A stretch of DNA of 64,000 nt, taken from NCBI GenBank assembly GCA_965202585.1, contig OZ241829.1, positions 84,010,001-84,074,000 of the forward strand, given 5' to 3'. Made by a program: the position numbers and the translations under genes. Of this stretch, positions 14,242-25,593 are shown piece by piece. This DNA comes from Thalia democratica. Lineage: Eukaryota. The notes under the pieces are model-generated. The model worked only from the letters and a program-made list of their open reading frames with translations, was not told where the DNA came from and did not search any database. The stretch's first letter is position 1. The number at the start of each line of letters is the position of its first letter.

Positions 14242-17070
14242 ATTTAGGGTGTAACTAACATTACTGGTTGTAGCACTTAAGTTTGTACTATTAAATTTTC
14301 AGACTAAATATTGTTATTAACAAAGTTTTTTTTAATAACAAAGCATCTATTTTTTTATCAAAAAACAGTTATACAATGCAATAAAAGATAGTAAAACACA
14401 CTAATTATTTACTACAACACAACCAAATAAATTTTATAATGTTCCAGGACAAAGTTTCAAGTTTAACATTTAGTGGGTTTGGTGATTTGGTGTAGTCCTA
14501 GTAGTACCGGGGATTGCGCGTTTAAGTTAGGGGGAAGTGAGCTAGAACTTTTAGGTTTCATGTGGGAGCTACTAGGTGAAGAAGATGCTCTGCCTGCGTC
14601 TCTTTTTTCTTCTAAGCGTTTGGACCTTTTTAAACCTAGTATTAGTAAGTTACTTACAATATTATGGAATGGGTTTCCTGAGTTTCCTGAACTCATATCG
14701 TTAATTATAATTTTAATGAAATTATTAATAAACTTAATCAGTATAGTTTAAATGTGAATTTATTCAAGTTAAAAAACACAGCTAAATCTGTATACATTAA
14801 TCTGATTACACAAAACTTCGAATAAACGATAACAAACAAATAAATTCTGATGACAAAAACAGGTGTTATTGTGACAACTAAAAAATTAGAAGTGAAGTGC
14901 ATTTCAAATTTGTTTACATTTTTAGTAAAAGATTACGTGGCCAAGTTAATATTGAACCTCTCGCGCCATCTGGCGGAAATTTTAATAACAAAAATACAAA
15001 TTTGGTTACATTGGTTTTGAAAATTTGTAAACAGTTCTATTTTTAGCTGGAATATCATCTCTTTTAAATATTTTGTCTTTTAAAAACTTCAATCTGTATT
15101 TTTAATAAATTTTTTCACATAGAAAGTTTTGTATTTTCTAATTTGTTAGCAAGTTTAAATTGATATTCGATTACCAATCAAAGCCTTTTAAGTTCTCCTT
15201 GAAAGAAAAATGAATTTTTTAAATTATATAGAGTAGTAAACAAATATATTGTGAGTTTACAACCACAAAATTTGTGTTTTTTGTTTAATTTTCAAAGAAA
15301 TCTCTGCTTTTAAACTTGTTTTACATAATAGAAATATCAAATGTTTTACTTCTATGAACTTTTTTATTTTGTAGTTCATATTCATGACCAAAAGCTTTCA
15401 ACATTTTTTTAGTAATAGAACTACAGCTAATTTTAATTTGAAACAACTTAAACACATTCGTACTGTAACTAAATAAGTAGTATTAATAAAACATTGAAAT
15501 ATTTCAAAAAAATTGAGTAAGTATAATATTTTATGCTGCATGAAAAGTTAAATTTATTAAAATTTACTAAATTAAAATAGTGTTTAGATCAATTGGTGTT
15601 CTGTTGATTAATTAACTTAAAAAACTACAAGTTTACAACTAAAATAGACACTATATATTATATAATTAAGTTTACAAAAAAATCCCATTGTACATAATTA
15701 TTTTGACTTAATGAACCTTTATTACAACTATTAAACTTCAAAACACACAGTTCTAGGCAATTAGTCCTGGACAAGACGTTAAAAGATATCCAAATGGTGT
15801 ACGACTTGATCACCGAATGGTTTTTTGTACACCAGGTCTTCGACCAAATTTTTTAAGCACTCTTTATGTCGTTCAATAAACTATAATATAAAAATACCAT
15901 ACTAGATTTTGAGTATTCATTATGTAAATTAAGTAGTTAATTAAGTTAGCAAATTTTTAAATTTATATTAAAAACTCCTTAAAAATCTACTTAAATATTA
16001 ATAAGAACTTTACTTAAAAGTATGAAAATAAAAAGTGAATCAATATAAATCTGTTTAAATATGTATAACAACAAATCTATTTCAATATGTAGATTGTTGT
16101 TTGTATTTACAGAAAATTTTATACAAACTATCTTACAACATAAAAATAGTAAATATAACTATAATCTTTCCATAAAGTAAAAATACAAATTAGAGAATTT
16201 TAAATATAAGAAATAAATGCAGGTAGTTTTTTATTTATTTAAGTAGATAGATAATTTTTATTGTTCAACTGTATACCAGTTTCACTATTGATCATTTATT
16301 TTAAAGTCAAATTCATTAAATAAATTAACCAGAAAGCAAGTTTCTTATAAAGCAAGCATAAATTTTTAAGATACAGATATATAAAACAGCCACAGTGTGG
16401 TTACTGTCAGACATGTTAAAAAGCTTTGCTTTGTTTACTCAAGCGTGAAATTACTAACTTAAAAAAAACAAAAGTTTATACGCTTCAATGCTGAATTACC
16501 ATAGTAACTATTAGCATTTTATCAACTCTGGTTACTGTATATTCTAGTCAAGACCTTACAGATGAAGTTTCAGAAGTGAATTTATTTATTAGTATATGGA
16601 GTTTATTGTTAAGTTATTTTTTAAAAAAATTTTGATAATTATAACTGACTTTTTGATTATAATTTGAAGCTATCAATTATCAATTTATTTCTACATTGTT
16701 ATAGTATATTTCTGTAGAATTAATTCTTATTTAATAGTTTTGACCACATTTAAAGAATTTTCTAAAACAGTAGTAAGTAAAGAACAAACCTAAATGTTAA
16801 AGTTAAATTAGCCCTGCTGTTTGATTGGGCTTTTTATAAATTGGCCATTTTAGTCATACGACTTTTTTGGTCTTTAAACTGCCTTCTCTCAAGTAAAAAA
16901 CGGAAAAATGTGGATACTCACAACTACTGTCAATTCAATGGGTTAGTGTAAAGAGGTTCCCATCCATTAACAAGCTATCTGATAGATATAAGATAGAGGG
17001 TTAATGAACCAAGTTGTAAGAGTTAATAATTGTTTTGTTTTAGTAATATTTTTCAAAATTTCAATATTAT

Positions 17071-17434
17071 CAAGGCAACTTTACCTGATAACCTGGAATA
17101 ACTATTTAAAACAAAAATCACTTTAAAATCTGGAAAAACCTGGAATTTTAAACAATTTTTACATGTTAAGTAGAAAAATTTTGATATGACACAAAAAAAA
17201 CTACCATATAGATAATTTGGATAACTACCACATTTTTTTGTCATCTTCAAATGTTTTTATTAAAAAACACATTTGAAGTAGCTCTACATTATCTTTTTAA
17301 TGTTTTTGCTCTGTTTAACCCTGTTTTTTTTACCTTGAACTTAGGTTATATAGACCCAAATACAAGTACTTTTTAAACCTGGAAGAAATTTTGAAAATCT
17401 GGAGAAAATTTGCCAAAAGTCAGTGGCAACCCTG
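17071..17434. mobile_element. CAGGGTTGCC-TIR MITE, copy A (left TIR damaged)
   Basis: Right end gtggcaaccctg followed by tattat; internal sequence homologous to copies B-D. Confidence 0.7.
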
Positions 17435-18646
17435 TATTATGCTTAATAAACCAAAATAGTTATTTTTAAATAAAAGTAAATAGTCTTAAAGGCTTTTCAA
17501 ACTTATTAACTATTCTTACATGGTATTAAAAATAGTTTCACTAGTAATTATGATTAAATAACAATTTTTTACAATAAAAGAAAAATTCAACAAATTATTT
17601 TAAATTAAAAGACATATTAATTATGTTAAAGTTTTCTAAACTCTATTAACTCTTATCTTTAATTCTTTATACTGGTAGTAAACAAATTAGAAATAACAAT
17701 TTCAGGTACAAATAACTTAGTTATTGATGATTTTATAGTTTCCAAAATAATGATTTTATTTTCAAAGAAATAGAATTCAAAAATTGTAGAATTCAATGAA
17801 AATATTGGCTTTCATTGATACAGAGTTGCTTAGACTAAAACTAGTTTCAATTTTTTAAGAGTTGGTGAAAATTTCATGCTGGCTTGGGTTTTTCTGAAGC
17901 TTTTTTGCAAATCTCAGGCTAGTTACATTTTAGAAATAAACCTTAATCTATATAACCTTATTAATTTCTGACTGATTTTTTTTAGTTATCTACCAATTTT
18001 TAGTTATTTAGTTCTTTAGTATTATCAAAAAACAATTAAAACTATAAGTATATATTATTTGTTGTTAAGTTATTTTTTAAGTCATCTTCACTAATTATAA
18101 CTGATTTTTTTTATTTTAATACCAAGTAATTAAGTCTTAATTTATTTATACATTATTATAGTATATTCCTGTAGATTTAGTTTCTGTTTAAAAGTCTTGA
18201 TCACATTTAAATTATTTTATAAAACAGTGGTTATCAAAAAGTACACTGCTACGCACTAGTGTACACAAAAATGTTTTGAGGTGCACGAAAATTATTTAGG
18301 GGTGCACAAAATTTCTATGGTTCACACAAAAATTCTTTATACCTTTTTATCACTTTTTTGTTCAAAACACATGATTAAATGTTAAAGTTAAATCTAGCCC
18401 TGGTGTTTAATTGGCTTTTTGTAAATTAACTATTTTAATCATAAGACTTTTTTTGTCTTTAAACTTAACTATCTTGCTTCAAGTAAAAAAAGAAAAAGGT
18501 GGATACTCAAAACTTAATTCAATTCCATGAGTTAGTGTGGAAAGATTTCAGTCCATTAACAAGCTACAACCATGATAGAGGGTTATAAAAGTTTTAAAAG
18601 TTAATAACTTTTTGTTTTAGTAATATTTTTCAAACTTAAATATTAT

Positions 18647-18990
18647 CAGGGTTGCCACTTTACCTGGAAAAACTTAGAATTTGACAATTTAGGTAAAAAA
18701 AAAAACCTGGAAATAAATAAAATATATATGTCAAGTAGAAAAATTTTGGTTTGATATAAACTCTCTACCATATAGATTAAAAAATTCTGTGGTCATCATT
18801 AAACATTATTTATTTTTTTAAACACATTTGAAGTAGCTCTACAAAAATTTTTCAGTGTTTTTATACTGTTTAACACAGTTTTTTACCTTAAGTTTATACT
18901 AAACATAGACCTAAAAACAAGTACTTTTAAAAACGTGGAAGAAATTTTGAAAACCTGGATAAAATTTGCCAAAAGTAAAAGGCAACCCTG
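18647..18990. mobile_element. CAGGGTTGCC-TIR MITE, copy B
   Basis: tattat|CAGGGTTGCC ... GGCAACCCTG|tattat; superfamily not assigned. Confidence 0.85.
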
Positions 18991-19319
18991 TATTATGCTT
19001 AATAAATATTTTTGCCTTTTTTCACTTTTATTTTTTTCAAAGCAAATACTTAAATGTTAAAGTTAAATCCAGCCCTGATGTTTGATTTTGCTTTTTATAA
19101 ATTGACCATTTTAATCATAAGACTTTTTTAGTCTTTAGACTATCTTCCTTCAAGTAAAAAAAAGTAAAAATGTAGATACTAACAACTATTGTCAATTCCA
19201 TTGGCTAGTGTGGAAAAATTCCAGCTCATAAACAAGCCACAACCATGATAGAAGATTAATAAAGTTATAATAGTTTATAATTTCTTGCTTTAGTAAAATA
19301 ATTCAAGTTTCAATATTAT

Positions 19320-19749
19320 CAGGGTTGTAATGTAACCTTACCTGGATACCTGGAAAAAACTTAAAATTTGATAATTTAAGCAAAAATAACTTGTAAGAAC
19401 TTGGAGTTTTAGAAACTTTGACAAATACTGAAACTTTAGAAAAAAAATCATTCAAAAAACTGGAAAAACCTAGTAATTAAAAAAAAAGTTATATGATAAT
19501 TAGAAAATTTTTGATTTGACACAAAAAATCTACCACATACATTAAAGAATTCTGTAATCATCTACATTTTTTTTATTAAAAACATATTTGAAGTAGCTCT
19601 ACAAAATCTTTTCAATGTTTGAATACTGTTTAACACAGTTTTTTACCTTAAGTTTAAACTGAAAATAGACCCAAAAATAAGTACTTTTAAAAAACTGGAA
19701 GAAATTTTGAAAACCTGAAGAAATTTACCAAAAGTCAGTGACAACCCTG
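19320..19749. mobile_element. CAGGGTTGCC-TIR MITE, copy C
   Basis: tattat|CAGGGTTG ... CAACCCTG|tattt; same flanking context as copy B. Confidence 0.8.
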
Positions 19750-20080
19750 TATTTAATTAAAAAATATTTATGCCTTTTTTCTCTTTTTTTTAAGCACATA
19801 CCTAAATTTTAAACTGAAATCCAGCCCTGGTGATTGATTTAGCTTTTCATAAATTGACCATTTTAGTCATAAGACTTTTTTGGTCCTTTAACTCAATTAT
19901 CCTCCTTCAAGTGAATAAAGGTAAAATGTGGATGTTCACAACACAACTATTATCAATTCCATGAGTTAGTGTGGAAAGATTCCTGTCCATTAATAAGCCA
20001 CAACCATGATAGAGGGTTAATAAAGTTTTAATAGTAAATAATTTCTTGTTTTAGTGATATTTTAAAAATTTCAGTATTAC

Positions 20081-20490
20081 CAGGGTTGCCTCTTTACCTT
20101 GAAAAACTTGGAATTTGACAATTTAGGCAAAAATAACTTGTAAGAACCTGGAATTTTAGAAATTTTGACAAATACTGGAACTTTGAAAAATTTATTTAAA
20201 AAAATAGAAAAACCTAGAATTAAAAAAAAAATTACATGTCAAGTAGAAAAATTTTGATTTGACACAAAAAATCTACCATATACATTACAAAATTATGTTA
20301 CCATCTTTTTTTTTTTTGTAAAAAAACACTTTTAAAGTAGCTCTACAAAATCTTTTCAATGTTTTTATACTGTTTAACACAGTTTTTTACCTTAAGTTTA
20401 AACTAAAAAAAGACCAAAAACAATGCCTTTTAAAAACCTTGAAGAAATTTTGAAAACCATAAAACTTGCCAAAAGTAAGTGCTAACCCTG
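20081..20490. mobile_element. CAGGGTTGCC-TIR MITE, copy D
   Basis: tattac|CAGGGTTGCC ... CTAACCCTG|tattat. Confidence 0.8.
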
Positions 20491-20635
20491 TATTATGCTC
20501 AATAAATATTTATGCCTTTTTTCTCTTTTTTATTTTTCTAAGGACATACTTCAATGTTAAAGTTAAATCCAGCCTTGGTGTTTGATTTTGCTTTTTATAA
20601 ATTGACCATTTTAATCATAAGACTTTTTTAGTCTT

Positions 20636-21192
20636 TGTAATGATATTAGCATCTCATTTTCGTATTTTAAAGCGGATGTTGTAAACTGTCTACGCAGATT
20701 TCGTGACGTGCTTCCAGTATTAAAAAAAACAAACATTTTTATTATTTCAAGGAGTTAATTTCATTCCGACGAGTATATATCGGCGTTTGTCTTTCAAATA
20801 AGCGTTAAAGTCAGTTGCAAAGTTATTCTGAGGTACGATCTAGTTACGATTAAGTTTAACGTTTTACTTCAATTATCGAGAATCAAGAAAACGTCTACAT
20901 CGCGGAGTTGATGTTAGTATTTATGTAACTTTACGATTGTTGATACTTTTTATAGATTTTATTTGTGTCGTGATTTAATAGTTTCTTTCTTCAGAACTAA
21001 GAATTATTATTGAAAATAAAGTAAATTGCATTTATTCAAAGTGTGTTTTATTCATAACTTAGGAAATAGTTTTGTAACTTATACTGTTAGTATATTATTT
21101 ACTTCTCGTAAGTATAGCAGTCAGTAAGTTACTGGAGACCACGTAGTTAAGACATAAAACATAAACATCATAAAATAACCTATTTGGTTAAA
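20636..21192 (+). mobile_element. Solo LTR-like insertion (557 bp, 4 bp TSD)
   Basis: Interrupts unit E at gtctt^tagac (intact in unit C) with TCTT duplicated. Begins TGTAA and ends TTAAA (one change from TTACA); internal AATAAA at ~21015. Confidence 0.7.
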
Positions 21193-21264
21193 TCTTTAGA
21201 CTATCTTCCTTCAAGTAAAAAGGAAAAATGTGGATACTCACAACCATATTCCATGGGTTAGTAT

Positions 21265-22136
21265 TGTAACGCCTCTGGCTATAAATTAAATTCAGCAAAA
21301 GAGTTTTCTCTAATTAGGGGTTTTTTGTATTAATTTGTTAACTTTCTAAATTGCCGCCTGAGATTTAAATTATTAGATTTGTGGCAGCACAAGCTGAACT
21401 TCCTATGTGCTAAATTGTGAGTATTGTTATTAATCTCTTATTTTTTAGTTCTATCTCTTAAATTGTAATTTCTAATAAAGTTAAATTGAAGTTAATTTTA
21501 CTGTGGTTTGCATAAATTTGAATAAATAAACTCTGCTGTTGATAAAATTAAATTGAAGTTAATTGTACTTTTGGTTTGCATAAATTTGAATAAATAAACT
21601 CTGCTGTTGATAAAATTAAATTGAAGTTAATTGTACTTTTGGTTTTGCATAAATTTAAATAAATAAACTTTGGTGTTAATACTTCATTATATTGAAATTA
21701 TTTGTAATTTGATTTTACATAAATTTAAATAAATAACCTTTGGTGTTAATAGTTAATTATATTGAAATTATCTGTAATTTGGTTACATAAAATTGAATAA
21801 ATAAGCTTTGTTGTGGATAATTAATTAAGAAGCAAGCTGCTTTTGGTGCTTTTAATAATCTCTGAAATTTACAAATCAACTTTAACCAATTTAAAATAAA
21901 CTAGTGGGCCACACCTAACTCTTGGTATAGCATAATGAGTAATAGATCCAAGCCCCCCAAAAAGGATGGGGTCAAGCCCCCCTACATCATACTTTAGACA
22001 AGGTCAACAACCCCGAAACTCGCTGTAGCCAACGTAACATTGACAGAGGGATCAACAAAAGGGGTGTTGACCCACACTCTTCGCGCCGTAGCCAACCTGG
22101 TCCATCAGACCAACCACAAGCAACGTGCGAAAGATA
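21265..22136 (+). mobile_element. Second solo LTR-like insertion (872 bp) with internal tandem repeats
   Basis: Unit E resumes after it; GTAT duplicated (21261-21264 and 22137-22140). Begins TGTAAC and ends GATA (one change from ACA); ~67 bp tandem units at 21483, 21550 and 21618 plus related units to ~21810. Confidence 0.6.
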
Positions 22137-22595
22137 GTATGGGAAGAATTCTGCCCAATAACAAGCTACAACCAAGATAGAGGGTTAATGAAGTTTTATA
22201 AACTGATAACTTCTTGTTTTTGTTATATCTTTCTAATTGCAAAATTAAAAAAAAAAGATTTAAATAAAAGTAACGAGTGTTAAAAACTTTTTACCAAAAA
22301 TAGTTTCACTAGTAATTACCATTTGAAAATAATTTTTAACTCACAAGAAAACTTAACAAATCATTATAAAAAATAAAATATCATATTAATGTAAAATCTT
22401 TCTATAGTGTATTAACTTTTACCTTTGAATAAATTATAGTATTAGTATTAAATAATTTTAAGGTAACAATTTTAAGACTCAAATATTTCAAACAATTAGT
22501 GATTTTATAGTTTTAAAATTCACAAGCATATTTTCAAAGAAATGTAATTTGAAGGTACATATGGAAGTTAAAGAAAATATTGGCTTTTTTTACTA

Positions 22596-22963
22596 CAGAG
22601 TTTCCTTACACTTAGGCTAGTTTAAACTTTTTAGAGATTTGGTCACAAATTCATACTTGCTTGGGTTTTTTCTAAAGTTTTTTTTCCAAGTCTCAGGCTA
22701 TTCAAATCTTTTTCTTTTTGAATAAATCTTAAGCTAGTAAACTTTATTAGTTTCTGACTTTTTAAACTTCCTTTTTCTTTATGTTATTTATTATTTTCTA
22801 GCTATTTAGTTCTTCTGTTTTAACAAAAAATGTTTAGAGATTTTTTTTTTGTTTAACTGTACATTTTCCAGTTTTTCAACCTTTTCTTATTTTTTTTTCA
22901 AACTCAGGCTAGTTTGATCTAACTCTGGCAAGATCTTTTTTACTCAAAAAAGTGGCAACTCTG
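22596..22963. mobile_element. MITE with CAGAGTTGCC-type TIR (truncated copy at 17821-~17990)
   Basis: Left CAGAGTTTCC (CAGAGTTGCT in the 17821 copy), right GGCAACTCTG; internal ctcaggctagtt repeats. Confidence 0.65.
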
Positions 22964-24166
22964 TTAATATCCAGTTCTAGGTTTTGGTATAAGTCAGGGT
23001 TGACTCATGCTAGTTAAAACTATTCTTAAAAGTACAATCTGATTGGGGATGCTTTTTTGCAAAACTTAAGCAGTTTAAAGCATTATATAGTTGCATTTTT
23101 GTATGCTTTAAAGACTAATATTTAAAAATAAGTGTCTTTTTTAATTTAATTTATCTTTATAAATTTCAACTTTTGAACTTCTCTTGTTTTTTTACTAATA
23201 ACTTAAGATGACCAAAGATAGTTTAACGTATGTTATGCTGAGAATAAGTGAGGTCAGAAAAATCTTTTGAAAATCTAAGATAGCTTAGTGTAATTAGGCT
23301 ATTAAACTAGTTTGAAATTTAAAAAACTCCTTATAATTCAGGCAAGTTTAAGTTTTTTTTTTAACTCAGCATACTTTTAAAATTTTTATAAAATCTTTAT
23401 ACAGTGTAATTCTAAATCTCGAATCACATTTTTTATTTTAGTTTCGACATTCTGATATTTCAAAGCCAACTATGTTTAAATTCTGATTTAAAAACATTAT
23501 TCAAATTTACTATACATATTATTTATTTAAGACTTTTTTAAAGGATTAAAACTCAGGTTGACTTAGGACAATTTAAAGTCATTTAAGGTGGTTATGTTTT
23601 ACTAAAACAGTAGTAACATTCTTATATTTGTTATTAGTAACTCAGACTGATTTTATTTTAGTTTTAAGAAAGGCTTACCTAAAAATTATAAATTTTATAA
23701 AAAAATTATTGATTCTTTTTAATTTAACTTTTAAATTTAAAGAATATCAATTATTACGCTATTTAGATTTTAAAGGTTTCAATTTAAAAATTTTTGTCTA
23801 AAGATTTATAATATAAAAGTTCAAAAATATTTTTTAGTATGGTGTTTTTTTTTTCATAACCAAATGTGTTAAAAAAATGTATTTATTTATTTTCAAAAAT
23901 GTTTTTTTTTTTTAAATTTGGTTAGTTTAAGATCATTTATATTGTTATTTTGATTCAAATAAATTGAAACAGTGTTTTTATGAATATAAAGAGTTAAGTT
24001 TTTTTTTATGTATATAAATACTTTGTTTCATAACTAATTGAGAATTTTATATTTAAACAAATAATCATTTGTTATAGACTAACAAACTTTGTTTTTACTT
24101 TGTATACTTGATCAACAAGCACACTGATAAAAATACTATTACAGACACTTAAGTAATTAAATAAAA

Positions 24167-24913
24167 ATGTCCACTGATATGAAAATGACATCTGATAGCG
24201 AACTATCATATTTCGATGATTCGGACACTTACTCATCAGACTCTAGCTGCGACGAACCAACAACTAAAGTTGCGGACCAGTTTAAAAATCAATGCTTGGT
24301 GGGAGACAAGATTTGCTTCAAGTGCAAGCAGCCGTTTCACTACCCCCTGGAGTGCGCGATGATGAAAGACTGGATGTATAAATGCCAGCAAGAGAGCGAA
24401 GAAGAAAGCGACTCCGACATGAAAAGCGATGAAAAATCTGAAGATAAAGATCAATTCGCGAAGTACTATGACGTGTACGAAAAGCATGAAGAAAGCATTG
24501 CGGAAGAAGGTAAAGTCTCAATGGAAGACATATATGATAGATTCGAAAATCCCAAAGTTGCTGCTGAAGACAAAGATGAGGACGAAGAGATGGAAGTAGA
24601 TGAGATCGCGAAAAGACCGGCTGACTTCATGGAGCGATTGTTTTTGAAAAAGGCCTGCAAAGTTTTGAGAGAGTCTCGCTACTGTCTGATGCAATCCTGC
24701 ATATACGCCTACAATATCACTGATGAAACTCAAAAGATTAGTTTTAAAATAATTACCGATTACTTGCAGATCTCTGTTGAAAAGATCAGTGAGTTTTTGG
24801 AAAACGACGTCCACAAGTTGTCTGATGAAAAGATAAGTAGGGAGATGAATGGAGCTGTTGACTTTTGTGAAAACCGTCGCAAAGCCATCATTGAGTATAT
24901 CAAAGAAAATTAA
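24167..24913 (+). CDS. Intronless Ariadne (ARIH1-like RBR)-derived protein: acidic N-terminus, C-terminal half of the IBR and Ariadne domain; no RING1 or RING2
   Basis: 248 aa open frame. [30 protein letters not shown] aligns with ARIH1 [55 protein letters not shown] with [36 protein letters not shown] with RYCESRRRVLL (ARIH1 sequence from memory). GC about 40% versus <20% in flanks; AAAAATG start context. Confidence 0.85.
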   Translation: [248 protein letters not shown]

Positions 24914-24980
24914 TTTTGCAAGTTATAGACAATTTACAGCAATCGTTTAGTGCTTTTCAAAGTCATTGATTTTAGTGCTG

Positions 24981-24986
24981 AATAAA
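24981..24986 (+). terminator. Candidate polyadenylation signal of the Ariadne-derived gene
   Basis: AATAAA 68 bp after the stop codon; weak evidence in AT-rich DNA. Confidence 0.35.
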
Positions 24987-25461
24987 CTAGTATATTTTAA
25001 TTTGCTTAGTATTAAATATCATTTAAATTTTAACTAAAAAAAAGAAAATACTTTACACTAAAGTTATAAGATTAATAAAAGTAAAACTTAATTTATTCAT
25101 AGTTTCGAATTCCAAATAACTATAATGATATTAATTAGATAAAAATTTATATAACCAAATATTGTTATTATTAAACACTGCCCTTCCAAAAAGTAACAAT
25201 CCTTTTCTTCGAAAAATTCAAAATCGCGCTGAATAGTACAAAGGATGAAATACCTAAAATTGTAGTGGAATATATTTCTATATTTTTAAAACTATAATTA
25301 ATAAAGCTTAAACTTTATAAAATTTAAATCAAACTTACTAAAAATAAAGGAAATAAGTTATAATAATTTTTATAGCTATCTAAAATTGTTTTACAATACA
25401 ATATAATGCTTTTAAACTATATCATGGTAAAATAAAAAAATAGTTGTTTTAGTGTTTAAAC

Positions 25462-25593
25462 GGGAACGGGTCTAAATTGCGCGAAGACAAAATTGCACGA
25501 GGTTACTAAATTGCACGTGGGGACTAAATTGCACGAGAACAAAATTGCACGAGTGTACAAAATTGCACGAAGACTAGTTTGCACGCAGGCACG
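25462..25593. mobile_element. Truncated left end of the GCACGAG-repeat MITE family
   Basis: GGGAACGGGTC terminus matches the TIR at 6257; seven aaattgcacga repeats follow; no right end. Confidence 0.6.

Larger units (their letters stand above)
16794..22230. repeat. Tandem array of five diverged copies of a ~0.68-0.75 kb unit containing a CAGGGTTGCC-TIR MITE
   Basis: Unit start atgttaaagttaaat(c)cagccctg at ~16794, 18379, 19054, 19806 and 20554; shared ttagtcataagacttttt, tggatactca, acaagctacaaccatgatagagggtt and gaagtagctctaca blocks. Confidence 0.9.

Noticed and set aside
14960-14980. CTCF-like motif (gcgccatctggcgg; a weaker one at ~7395)
   Set aside because: CTCF is a bilaterian protein and this looks cnidarian; two isolated matches without data cannot be called. 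Worth revisiting if the organism is bilaterian.
24236-24814. Four minus-strand ORFs overlapping the Ariadne-derived gene
   Set aside because: Antisense shadows of a GC-richer coding sequence; no recognisable motifs.
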